64,000 bases of DNA from Bdellovibrionales bacterium (lineage in GTDB: Bacteria; Bdellovibrionota; Bdellovibrionia; Bdellovibrionales; UBA1609): the NCBI GenBank assembly GCA_965219095.1, contig CBDCMT010000001.1, forward strand, positions 1,504,001 through 1,568,000. The letters run 5' to 3'. A model generated the notes under the pieces. It was not told the origin of the DNA. It did no database searches and saw nothing but the letters and a program-made list of their open reading frames with translations. Positions 10,972 to 21,161 of the stretch are shown here, one piece after another. The position numbers were made by a program, and so were the translations under genes. Every line of letters starts with the position of its first letter. Position 1 is the first letter of the stretch.

Positions 10972-12077
10972 TGAAAGTTTTTTTTTCAGGAGGTGCTACA
11001 GGAGGTCATCTTTATCCTGCTCTTTGCTTGGCAAAAGCTTTTGAAAGTAAAAATAAAGAAGTTCAAGCTACTTTCGTTGTGTCTCAAAAGCAGTTTGAAA
11101 AAAAACTTTTAGAAAAAACAAAGTATAAAGTATACACTCTACCTAGCAAGCCTTTTCAAAAATCCTTTGTAAAAGGGGGGGCATCAATTCTAGCTCTTTT
11201 TTTTTGTGTTTTAAGAGCTTTTGTGATTTGCCTTAAAGAAAAACCTCAAGTTATTGTAGGAACAGGAGGTTATGCTTCTGTTCCACTCGTTTTAGCAGGC
11301 TTTTTTTTAAGAATTCCTTGTTTTTTATGGGAGGCTAATTCTTATCCTGGGCTTGCGAATCGTTTTTTATCTCGTTTTGTAAGAAAGGCTTTTGTTGTGT
11401 TTGAATCTTCTAAAAAATTTTTAAAGACAAAAAATATAGAAGTATGTGGCTATCCTTTGAGAAAACAAATCGAAAACCTTAAGCTTCAGTTAGACTCACC
11501 AAAAGATAAAAAAGAAGATGAGAGAGAAGATAAGGGAGAAAGAGACCTCTTCTATGTTCTTGTATTAGGAGGAAGCCAAGGGTCTCATATCTTAAATAGA
11601 GTTATCTCTCAACTTCTTTATGAAGAAATGACAGGATTTCATATAATTCATCAAACAGGACTAAAGGAGTTTGAAAAGTACAAAATAAAGTATAAGGATA
11701 CCTCCTTTATGGAAGCATGTGCTTTTTTTTACAACATAGAAGAGGTTTATAAAAGAGCCGATCTTGTAATCTCAAGAGCAGGAGCAGGGGCTCTTTTCGA
11801 ATTAGCCTGCTTAGGGAAGCCTGCTCTTTTTGTGCCCCTTCCCTATGTAGCCGACGATCATCAGCTTAAGAATGCAAAAGAGTTTGCCTTTCAGAAGGCT
11901 TGTAAAATTTTAGAGCAAAAAGATCTTCATGTTAAAACTCTCAAAAAAGAGTTTCTTTTGTTAAAAGAAACTGCTTCTTTAAGAAAAGAAATGTCACAGA
12001 ATATAAAAAAGTTCTATAAACCGTTTGTAGCAGAAACTATAAGAGATCTTATTTTAAAGGCCTTGAAAAAATCATAA
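10971..12077 (+). CDS. murG: lipid II GlcNAc transferase
   Basis: GGATGGHLYPA, GTGGYAS, GGSQG, ISRAGA, DHQLKNA. Confidence 0.96.
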   Translation: MKVFFSGGATGGHLYPALCLAKAFESKNKEVQATFVVSQKQFEKKLLEKTKYKVYTLPSKPFQKSFVKGGASILALFFCVLRAFVICLKEKPQVIVGTGGYASVPLVLAGFFLRIPCFLWEANSYPGLANRFLSRFVRKAFVVFESSKKFLKTKNIEVCGYPLRKQIENLKLQLDSPKDKKEDEREDKGERDLFYVLVLGGSQGSHILNRVISQLLYEEMTGFHIIHQTGLKEFEKYKIKYKDTSFMEACAFFYNIEEVYKRADLVISRAGAGALFELACLGKPALFVPLPYVADDHQLKNAKEFAFQKACKILEQKDLHVKTLKKEFLLLKETASLRKEMSQNIKKFYKPFVAETIRDLILKALKKS

Positions 12078-12128
12078 GTGTCCTCTGTTTGGTTTCCAAG
12101 ATCATACTGATGGGTGGAGCTTGTCTTT

Positions 12129-12887
12129 TTAATCAGTAGTTAATGGGAAAAAGCTCACACTTAATTGATAAACAGAGTCTAAGTCTTTTGCTGACTCTAA
12201 TTCTTGAGACATCTGTCTTCGGAATTTTTTGATTCGTTCCTTAGCTAAAGGGATGTCCTTTTTAGAAATTGCCATGGTTATCCCTGTATTATCCCTTTTT
12301 TCGATAGAGTTTTGTTTAATACTTTCAATAGCCTTTTCTAAAATTTGAATTTGAAGTCTTTTCAAAGCATCATTAGTGTAATTTTTCAGAATACATGTGT
12401 TGTTTTTTTTTATAATCTTCCATCTATTTTTGACTTTCTTGATGAGACCGACCTTTTCTAATCGCTCTAAAGATATTCGTATAATCGTTTCCTTAAGGCC
12501 TAGTTTTTTTGCTAAAAACCTAGGTGATTGATTCATAGCATTAATGTTAAGAAGTTCTAAAAGAGCAAAGTAGTACCAATCAGAAATAACAGTAAAAATA
12601 TCAAAATTTATAGGCTCAAAGAAAACAGAGGGTTTTTTACCAGAGTTTTTAGAAGCATAAAACTCTATTTCCTCTAATTTCAAACTTAAAGAGATTCCAA
12701 TTCTTATAATCATTTTCTCTGTTAGAGGAATTTTACTGTTGATGATTTTAGATAAAGTAGAAACAGGAACTCCTAAAAAAATAGCAAAAGACCTTAAAGA
12801 ATACTTAGGGTTTCTCTTACATCGTTCCAGAAATTCTTGTCGAATTCTAAATGAAAAGTCTAGTTTTTTTGTTGTTATCAAATCCAT
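12129..12887 (-). CDS. TIGR02147-family HTH/DUF4423 regulator-like protein
   Basis: NPKYSLRSFA..LG...TLS HTH, WYYFALLEL, C-terminal VYQLSVSFFPLT. Confidence 0.85.
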   Translation of the reverse strand: MDLITTKKLDFSFRIRQEFLERCKRNPKYSLRSFAIFLGVPVSTLSKIINSKIPLTEKMIIRIGISLSLKLEEIEFYASKNSGKKPSVFFEPINFDIFTVISDWYYFALLELLNINAMNQSPRFLAKKLGLKETIIRISLERLEKVGLIKKVKNRWKIIKKNNTCILKNYTNDALKRLQIQILEKAIESIKQNSIEKRDNTGITMAISKKDIPLAKERIKKFRRQMSQELESAKDLDSVYQLSVSFFPLTTD

Positions 12888-12902
12888 AAGATTTCTCCAT
12901 TT

Positions 12903-14138
12903 TTATGGCGGGCCGTTGTAAGCTCTAGGTTTATGTATTTTTGAATCTTCTTTTGATGGTCTCTCAGAAGAGACCTGGACATTAATACGATTCAAAGATT
13001 CTAATATTTTTCTATACTCTTCTGGAAGGCATAAACCATGAAACTCTTCATATATTTTTTCATAAAGGGCTTTACCTTCTAAAATATAATAAGAAATAGC
13101 ATTTTGACGCTTCTGTAAGTAACCATATTCATATGTATAATCATAACGAGGAGCATTAGACAAATAATGACCATACGGTCTACCTCTAAAAAGCTCTAGC
13201 CCTTTAGCAAAAGCTGCATAACCTCCATAGTGACCGGTCATTAAAATAAAATACTTATAATGAGAAGAGAAGGGAAACAGATAGGGCTTTCCTTGGATAT
13301 AAACAGTGATAAGTTTTCTATATATGTCATCATCCCAATCATGGCCTCTATCTACGGGGGTAATAAATCCTGCATACTTAAGAGATTCTGCATAAGACTT
13401 TAAACTTTCCTCTACTTCTATGATAAATTGATGGCATTTCTTTTTATAAATATCTGTTTGAGAATCATGGTATTCTTCGTAATGAGCAAATATAAAGCCA
13501 CTTATTTTATAAAATCTTTTTTGAACTTTTTTTGCTGGCAGTTTAGTGAATTTTTCTGTAAACAAATAAGCATTCAAAGAGCGAACTTCATAGGAAGAGT
13601 CTACAGCTTTCTTTTCTTGAACCATCATTCCATAAATAGCTTCATGAAAAACCAAACCTATTTTCTGTTCTAGACTCTTCATGTTTGACCAAAGTTTAGA
13701 GTTAATTTTAATTTTTAAGTAATTATCATCACGAACGGCAATCCACTGACATTCTTTTTGTTTTATAAGAGTTTTTCCTATATCATTTGAATTTATAACA
13801 TCAGGTCTTATAACATGCCAAGTGTAGTCAGTGATGTAATGGAATAATTTTATAGCTAGAGGAGGAAGTATTGTATAAATTTCATTGAGCTTGTTGGTGA
13901 CAGCCTTTGATACTTTCATCCCATCCTTTAAATGACTAAAGTTACTGTCTATTATATCCTTTACTTTCATAACGTCTTTTTGATCAGAAATATAGGGCCT
14001 TTCAATACCATTCTCGTAAAAATCAAAAAGAACGTTCTTCTTATCTTTTGAAACAACACAAGCCCCTCCTGTTTCCTGCCCTTTTTCAGCAAAGCTAAAA
14101 GAACTTATAAAAAAACATACTATTAAAATCTTTTTCAT
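12903..14138 (-). CDS. secreted hypothetical protein with N-terminal GG motif and HE motif
   Basis: Signal peptide, KGQETGG, IGLVFHEAIY; 15 bp upstream of the TIGR02147 gene. Confidence 0.7.
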   Translation of the reverse strand: MKKILIVCFFISSFSFAEKGQETGGACVVSKDKKNVLFDFYENGIERPYISDQKDVMKVKDIIDSNFSHLKDGMKVSKAVTNKLNEIYTILPPLAIKLFHYITDYTWHVIRPDVINSNDIGKTLIKQKECQWIAVRDDNYLKIKINSKLWSNMKSLEQKIGLVFHEAIYGMMVQEKKAVDSSYEVRSLNAYLFTEKFTKLPAKKVQKRFYKISGFIFAHYEEYHDSQTDIYKKKCHQFIIEVEESLKSYAESLKYAGFITPVDRGHDWDDDIYRKLITVYIQGKPYLFPFSSHYKYFILMTGHYGGYAAFAKGLELFRGRPYGHYLSNAPRYDYTYEYGYLQKRQNAISYYILEGKALYEKIYEEFHGLCLPEEYRKILESLNRINVQVSSERPSKEDSKIHKPRAYNGPP

Positions 14139-14377
14139 TTTTTCATCAACTTATACAATACTCTCTCCTTCAAGTTTTCTCACCAATCCTCTCAACGAAG
14201 GAAACTTTTAAGAGGATGGGGAGATTATAACATAAAAACAAAGTGTTTAAAAGAGAATTTTTCAACAAAATATTTTCATAATTTAAACATGTGAAATTTT
14301 TACAAGGATTCTTGATAAATACTTGAATCACTTATGAAAAATAACATTTTTGTTAAAGATAAACTTTTTTTCATAGA

Positions 14378-14443
14378 GCCTTATATCATAACCTTGGAAA
14401 ACTGCCAGAACCTCCGGGAACCCACAGATTCTTTTGAGGAGGC
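14378..14443 (+). mobile_element. ISL3 right-end remnant
   Basis: Identical to the last 66 nt of the ISL3 copies (...CCCACAGATTCTTTTGAGGAGGC). Confidence 0.85.
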
Positions 14444-14447
14444 TGTT

Positions 14448-15716
14448 TTATAAGCAACTCCATCCGGAATGAGAGACTTTTACCTCTTCTTCCAAAATAA
14501 TGGATAAAATAGAACTCTCATGGGAATAATTAATCACTCCTTGGGAGGACTTTTCTAAAAAATCTTTAAGCACTTTTATTTTTCCGCAGTCAAAATTTGG
14601 TAGCCCAGAGATATTAAAATTTTTATTCTCTCCCCCTGAAGCAATAGCCTTCCACTTCTTTCTTTGCTCTTCTGAATAGCTTTTATCTTTTTTCAATAGA
14701 TTAACGGCTTTATCGAAGTCTTCTTGAAGGTTAGAGAGAGAATCCATGTCAAATAGACTTAAAGAATAGCGACTGAAAACTTTATCTGTCACATTTTCTT
14801 TTGTGTTAGAAGTGAAAGATTGCTTAAGCCAATCAGAAAGGCTTTTTTTCATATCAGAAGGTTGATGTCTGACTCTTTCGTAAATAGCTTCTAGATTCCA
14901 CTCCACAAGGCCCTTTAAAGAGATCAACTCAGGAGAAGCTAAAACGAGGGAGGCTGATTTTTTTTCAGCAATTTTGTATATTGTATCTATTGTAGAAAGA
15001 CACTGAGCTAAAAAGAGAGCATCAAAGGGACGATGCTGGCCATTGATTTCATAAGAGAGTTGGTTAAGTCCATTTAAAAAGTTATCTAAAGAAAATTTTA
15101 CCATATAAGAAGAGGGAAAGTAGCCTCTTTGAGGGGAGTCTGGTATTTTGTGGCCAAAAAAGAAGGCCAGTTGATAACGATAAAGGCCATCTTCGAAAAA
15201 ATATTTTTTAAAAAGCTTTATTTCTTGTTTTAGTTCTTTTTTTTGCATAAAGGCAGTTATCTTTCCTATAAAAGGCAAAGGAATGAAGGCTGTGTCACTT
15301 AAAGAAAGAATTTTTTTTATGTCCTTCAAATGGCCGTTTCTATAGAAGTAAATTTTTTCATAGATAGTATAATTATAAGTCTGCATAGTATAGCCGTGTA
15401 TACCTGTACGTCTTTCAGGGTTTACATATATAATGACAACATCACAATGGTTACAGTTTTTAGCTAAATTTTCAGTTTTTCTGAAGAAGTCTTCGCTGGC
15501 ATCTCTCACGACAAAATCTTGAGGGCATAGGAGAGATCCCTCAGGGCAGGCTTTATAGTTATAAAGACCGTCTCCATTGATAAAAAATACATAAAGGTCT
15601 TTTAGAGAAGACGAATCACTCATTTCCTCTTTTCCCATTCCTAGAAATGAATAAAGGCCTATCATTATGACCAAACAAAACTTAAAACTCATTATAGACT
15701 CCTTTTTTATTTTCAT
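14448..15716 (-). CDS. secreted clostripain-like (C11/clan CD) cysteine peptidase
   Basis: Signal peptide; FFGH and FDALFLAQCL...LVLASPE resemble the clostripain His/Cys motifs. Start may be the Met at 15692. Confidence 0.55.
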   Translation of the reverse strand: MKIKKESIMSFKFCLVIMIGLYSFLGMGKEEMSDSSSLKDLYVFFINGDGLYNYKACPEGSLLCPQDFVVRDASEDFFRKTENLAKNCNHCDVVIIYVNPERRTGIHGYTMQTYNYTIYEKIYFYRNGHLKDIKKILSLSDTAFIPLPFIGKITAFMQKKELKQEIKLFKKYFFEDGLYRYQLAFFFGHKIPDSPQRGYFPSSYMVKFSLDNFLNGLNQLSYEINGQHRPFDALFLAQCLSTIDTIYKIAEKKSASLVLASPELISLKGLVEWNLEAIYERVRHQPSDMKKSLSDWLKQSFTSNTKENVTDKVFSRYSLSLFDMDSLSNLQEDFDKAVNLLKKDKSYSEEQRKKWKAIASGGENKNFNISGLPNFDCGKIKVLKDFLEKSSQGVINYSHESSILSIILEEEVKVSHSGWSCL

Positions 15717-16015
15717 ATATCAACTTATAACCATTTGACTCTGGTTTGCAAAAAATAGAAAGCTTAGGCCTTAAAGTTTTCATTCTAAACTGATACCATT
15801 ATAGCAAGCACAGTCATAATGTTTGTAAGTTTCCATATACTTTTTATAGATTTTTACACTGTATTCAAGATAAAATATAATTTTTAAAAAATAAACATTT
15901 TTTTTATGTTTTGAAATTTTTATAAAATTGCATTATTTTTTTACACTTTTAATTATGGAAAATACCTTGATCTAGAGCTTTTATTAAGATCTACTTCCTT
16001 TGTCTTCTAATCATA

Positions 16016-16085
16016 TAGTGCTTCCGTTTAGGTTTTCAGTTTTTTTCTCTAGAGAATCGATCGGAAAATCTAAGCGTATTCACTA
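16016..16085 (+). mobile_element. 70-bp two-ended miniature derivative of IS630 type 2
   Basis: TAGTGCTTCCGTTTAGGTTTTC matches the left end at 54486; ends in imperfect inverted GAAAATCTAAGCGTATTCACTA; TA on both sides. Confidence 0.75.
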
Positions 16086-16199
16086 TATACGGTAATTGTA
16101 TTTTAGATTTTAGAAAATACATGTTCGGTTTTTAAATCACTGGAAGTGTTAGTTTGAGAAGTTTACAAGATCGAAGTTATAGGAAAATCCATCAAAAAA

Positions 16200-16225
16200 G
16201 AAAAGCTCCCTTAGGAGGGCTTTTC
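16200..16225 (-). terminator. intrinsic terminator
   Basis: GAAAAGCTC-ccttagga-GGGCTTTTC hairpin with a T-tract on the minus strand. Confidence 0.6.
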
Positions 16226-16267
16226 TGTTGAAAGTCTTATGCTGTTTAACTGTTTAATGGTGATCTA

Positions 16268-16516
16268 TTAAAGAGCTAAGATGGCAATTACAGAAATAGG
16301 GACAACTATGTCTCATACAGTTCCACTTAATTGCCACCATCCTGGTGCACCATCAAAGGCAGCAATGGATTCTTGCTCTGGAATCACCATGTTGATGATC
16401 TCCATTTTTTGCCGAGAAATTTTAAGGCTTTCTACGTCAATAGAGAGAAGTTTATTCAACGACTTCTCTCCAATGTAATGTGAGGTTACTGTGATAGTTG
16501 TGACTTGATCTGACAG
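16268..16516 (-). pseudogene. degenerate paralog of 16609-16956
   Basis: Translates ..KLLSIDVESLKISRQKMEIINMVIPEQESIA.. similar to KIASIDVRKIDLSQKQLDKINMSVMEQQEVA; in-frame TGA at 16313-16315; no signal peptide or ATG. Confidence 0.65.
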
Positions 16517-16557
16517 TTACCCTTTCTGTGTTAATAAAAAATTGAAGATGAAATGAC

Positions 16558-16587
16558 AAGAGGACTTTTTACGTAAAAAGTCCTCTT
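16558..16587. terminator. perfect 30-bp palindrome / terminator
   Basis: AAGAGGACTTTTTACGTAAAAAGTCCTCTT, downstream of the 16609 stop. Confidence 0.65.
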
Positions 16588-16608
16588 TAATAAATTAAAG
16601 CAAGTAAC

Positions 16609-16956
16609 TTACAAAAAGTAAATTGCAGCAGCAACTACTAACACAATAGAAGAAATTCCTATTCCGCCAAGACCTATTGATATAAATGCTACTTCTTGCT
16701 GTTCCATCACAGACATATTGATCTTATCTAATTGCTTTTGAGAAAGATCAATTTTGCGAACATCAATAGAAGCAATTTTTTCAGCCTGTTCTTCGGATAA
16801 ATTGAGTTGCTCAGAATTTTCCTGAATCCATAGTATGGCTTCTTTTACATGATCTTCAGTTACAACTTGAGTTGATGCAGAAGCTGCTCCTTGTTGGTAG
16901 AGCACAGTAGAAGCTATGATAGTTGTTGCTAGGATTGTTTTTATTGTTTTTTTCAT
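16609..16956 (-). CDS. small secreted protein with hydrophobic Gly-rich C-terminal tail
   Basis: SD AAAAGGAG before ATG 16956; signal MKKTIKTILATTIIAS..; tail FISIGLGGIGISSIVLVVAAAIYFL. Confidence 0.7.
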   Translation of the reverse strand: MKKTIKTILATTIIASTVLYQQGAASASTQVVTEDHVKEAILWIQENSEQLNLSEEQAEKIASIDVRKIDLSQKQLDKINMSVMEQQEVAFISIGLGGIGISSIVLVVAAAIYFL

Positions 16957-17140
16957 TTTGTTTCTCCTTTTCTTTTTTGGTTGGTTTTTATTTTTTTCTC
17001 TTCTTATAGTTGCAACTGAAATCAAGTTAGAAAATTATCCAAAATTTTACAATAATTTTTTCAACAAAGTGTTTCAATGTTTTTGAAACATAAATTTTTT
17101 ATACACTCCTTATAAAAAATTCATAAGTACTTCCGTTTAA

Positions 17141-17258
17141 TACCATTTCCAAAAATTAATTCGACATTCTTTTAACACATTGTGTCCTGTCTTTTTGATA
17201 GACGTCTATTACACCTTAATATTGTATGGATCAGTGGTCGCTCTTTTCATCCTAAAAG
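17141..17258 (+). mobile_element. IS630 type 1 left-end remnant, internally deleted
   Basis: TACCATTTCCAAAAATTAATTCGAC end joined to an internal ..NIVWISGRS.. segment, cut by IS66. Confidence 0.8.
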
Positions 17259-17605
17259 GTAACTGCTCACTCTCGTAAGTTTTTATTTAAAGCCATAGAG
17301 ATCGCTTCTAAAGAAGAATACCCTTTATTTCTCATTGTTTTAACATAGCTGGTAATGCGACAAAAATATTTCGCCATTTCTTCTGTTCTGAAACACCCTG
17401 ACACTTTCTTTTTCACTTTAGTCATTCTTAGATCTCTTTCAGCTCTGTTATTAGTAGGATCTACGTTCTTTCTTTTAGCAAAGCACAGTATTTCTGCTTC
17501 ATACTTTTTAAATCGCAGCCAAAGGTTTTGAGCTTGTGTATGCTTTATTCGTCCTTTCTTGCCATTTTTTTTAGGAAATTCTGGAAGCTCTTTTAAGCCT
17601 TTTGT

Positions 17606-17753
17606 AAGAATACTCCTATACCTTCTCTGAAGAGTTTCGTACTCTTTTTGAGTCAGAACTCTTGACTCTTTTTTATGAACTAACTCCACAGTCTCTTTAA
17701 GAAGTTTTTTGAGATTTGTAGCCCATTTGAATCCATTGCTTTCTTCTATAAAT
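17606..17753. repeat. 148-bp direct repeat flanking IS1634 (partner 21162-21309)
   Basis: The IS66 segment AAGAATACTCC...TTCTATAAAT occurs on both sides of the IS1634 element, with one mismatch seen. Confidence 0.8.
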
Positions 17754-17769
17754 AGAGGGATTTGTTTAT

Positions 17770-20700
17770 CCTGAGTTCGCCCTTTAACAAACGATAAAAT
17801 TCATAAGTATTTGAATATATTAGATTTTTCTGGATTGCCTCCAGATTTTAGACATACTAGGTTTTAGATGGGTTATTTTAAGTTTAGGAAGAGTTTTCTA
17901 TGCGAAAAGGTTTTTTTATGTAATCTTTTTTAAATACAGCATAAATCTGTTTGGCTTCTTTGGATAAAGCTCTGGGGACAAAATAGGAGACAGAAGGTTT
18001 TTTCATTTTGTCTCCAATCACAAAAGATTCAACCTCTTTTAAAGTATCAATAAGCTCATTAAGGCTGTAATGAAGAGTAGCTTTTTTTAAAGAGAGTTCT
18101 ACATACTTCAAGACAGTGTAAGCCAAAAAACAAATAAAAAGATGAGATTTAATTCTTTCAGAGAGTCTGTGATAGATAGGACGCATCTTCAAGGTATGCT
18201 TGTTAATACGAAACAGTTCTTCAATTTTCCAAAGTGACCGGTATAATTCTAAAGGTTTCCTATTTGTTTCACATTCTATGTTAGAGCAAACTCCATAGAG
18301 GCCATCCCAAAGGCTGTCCTGAAAGATTTTATCTGCATCTATCTGAACACTTCCTTTTAGAGTTTTAAGGTATTTTCGAACCCCACGATTACTTACTAAC
18401 TTAGTGGCTGAAATTTTACCGTCTTTACAAATTTTTTTGAGTTTTTCTAACAATCTTTGTCGTTTTTTTTCATCCTGTAATCTCCGCTTTTCACTGTAAG
18501 AAACAAATACCTTGCGATTCTTGTAGGAAAACTCATAAACTTCAGAATTTTGGCTCTCTTTTTTAAGTTCTTTAAATTCAAAAATTTTTTCTTTTTTCTC
18601 TTTAGGTAGTTTCTTTAAAGGGCAGGATACCACATACTCAGCCTCAATTCCTTTCTTATTTAAACTTTCAAAAAACGTAACTGCTCACTCTCGTAAGTTT
18701 TTATTTAAAGCCATAGAGATGGCTTCTAAAGAAGAATACCCTTTATTTCTCATTGTTTTAACATAGCTGGTAATGCGACAAAAATATTTCGCCATTTCTT
18801 CTGTTCTGAAACACCCTGACACTTTCTTTTTCACTTTAGTCATTCTTAGATCTCTTTCAGTTCTGTTATTAGTAGGATCTACGTTCTTTCTTTTAGCAAA
18901 GCACAGTATTTCTGCTTCATACTTTTTAAATCGCAGCCAAAGGTTTTGAGCTTGTGTATGCTTTATTCGTCCTTTCTTGCCATTTTTCTTAGGAAATTCT
19001 GGAAGCTCTTTTAAGCCTTTTGTAAGAATACTCCTATACCTTCTCTGAAGAGTTTCGTACTCTTTTTGAGTCAGAACTCTTGACTCTTTTTTATGAACTA
19101 ACTCCACAGTCTCTTTAAGAAGTTTTTTGAGATTTATAGCCCATTTGAATCCATTGCTTTCTTCTATAAATTTAAGCTCTCTCAAAAGGTGAGCCACACA
19201 CAAAGCATGAGTTATCTTATCATAACAAAAGTAAGGACTCCAACAATCATGCACAAGCACTCCTGCATATCTATCCAAGAGACCAATATCTTTTATGGCT
19301 TCCTTTCCACCTGAAAGGTGGAGAAACTGCAAGACTAATTCTCCTGAACTATAAGTATGAATCCAGTAGTTTTTACCCTTAACCCTCATAGAGGTCTCAT
19401 CAACATGAATGACCTCTGATTCAAGTATCTTTTCTTTCATCTGCTCTTCCCAACTTTTAAGAAACTCTCCTAATTCAGCAATGTATCTCAACATAACTGC
19501 AGGAGAAATCATTCGACCTATAAGCCCCATGTAATGTTCCCCAACACGCTCTAAAAGACAGCATCTGAACTATAATGAAATTGATGATGGAAGCTCTAAT
19601 GCCTATACCATACTGAAGAGGACCACTCATACCTTTAGGGAATTGACCTTTATTTCTAGCTCCACATGAGGGACAATTCTTAACTTCAGAAGTTACAGTA
19701 TGGGTCTGAATTTCATAAAAAATATCAATCTTTTTACGCTTCTCAAGGCTTTTTACCTCTGCTGTCTTTAAAAACATCCCACACTGAGAACACTCTGAGG
19801 GAGAGACAGTCTCCTCACTGTTTTGTATCTTTACTGTTATCAAGTCTAGAACCCTTTTTCTGACTCCCACTAGCTTTCTTATTACGATTCCCTTGACGAC
19901 TAAAATCTTGCGAAGGAGGAAGACCGCTGTTGCTGGAATTTTTTCGAACCTGTTTTTCTAAAAACACAACAATCAGAATGTTCACAACCTTAAAGAGAGA
20001 TTCAACAATCACAGAAATCTCAGTAGGCACAGAACCTTTCTTTGCAAGCTTATCAAAGTCACTTCTTATATTTTCAATCTCATTTCTGATGGAGGTCTTA
20101 TTTATTGTCATTTGAAAAGAGTATTTAAAAGAAAATCTGTAAGAGCAAGACTTTTATCTTAAAACAGGTCTAAAGTTAAGGATAACTGAACAATGTAGGT
20201 GAGCAGTTACCAAAAAACTTAAAATTGCTATCTGAAAACATAGCTCTATCAGCCACCACACGAATTCGTTTTACCTTATACTTCTTTACAGCTTGGTTTA
20301 AAACAAATTGCAAAGTCTTGGTCTCTGATGTGCAACCAGGAAACACCTCGTAAGCTAAAGGCAAACCCTCTGTATTGGCTAGCACAGCCAAAACCACTTG
20401 AGTTTCATTAAACTTTCCGTCCTTGCTATAACCAAAGTCCCTTAATTCTCCCTGCATGGTAGATTCAAAATATAGGGTTGTTACATCAAACAGTAAAACA
20501 TTAAAGTCCGAACCTTTGGATGCTAGAGATTCGAAAACCTTTTGCCTCAAAACATCCTCCTCTTTAAAAACTCTATCCATCATAGTCAAGACCTGTTTAT
20601 GAGATATTTGTTTACTAAAGAACTTCTCTATTAGAGAACAGCTTCTTAGCTTGCTTGAAGGAGAGAAAACTCTCATAAAAACCACCTCACGGAGTACTTG

Positions 20701-21161
20701 GTTTATAGCCTCTTTTTTTCTTCCAGTTTCTATTAAATCTTTAAAACCTAAATCCTCCCATGCTGTTCCGAAAATGTCCTCAAAACCATGGTTATGTCTT
20801 CTCTCACCTTGGAAACGTGGAGATCAATAGGAATCTTTTCTGAAAGGCTTGAAAGTGAAAGAAGACCCTTTTTATGTTGTTCAAGAAGCTTTTTAGCTTC
20901 TTGTTTGTATTTCTCTACGATCTTGGAATCTTTAGATTGTCCTATGGTTTTGATAATGCGATTCTTTACTTTGCCTTCTTTCCAAAAAGATTCCACAAGA
21001 CGAACCACTGTGCTACCGTTTTTGCGTTTAGGACTTGTTATGTACATAATCCCCCCCCTATAAATATGAACATACTAAAGACATACTATGTTGTCAAGCA
21101 AAAAAATACCAATGAAATCAAATAGTTATAAATTTAATCCTTTCTTGAGGGCGAACTCAGG
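17770..21161 (-). mobile_element. IS1634-family element interrupted by IS66
   Basis: TIR CCTGAGTTCGCCCT...AGGGCGAACTCAGG; LFDVTTLYFES, GYSKDGK, VADRAM, WKIEELFR, RPIYH; extra frameshift near 20820. Confidence 0.9.
18677..20210 (-). mobile_element. IS66 copy 3 with 8-bp target duplication CAAAAAAC
   Basis: Both TIRs; duplication at 18669-18676 and 20211-20218; additional frameshift near 19822. Confidence 0.93.

Noticed and set aside
16313..16315. TGA readthrough or alternative genetic code
   Set aside because: Single case in a degenerate paralog; core genes use TGG for Trp and TGA ends genes such as ftsW and surA.
16281..16478. 65-aa plus-strand ORF
   Set aside because: The minus-strand frame is the one homologous to the neighbouring gene.
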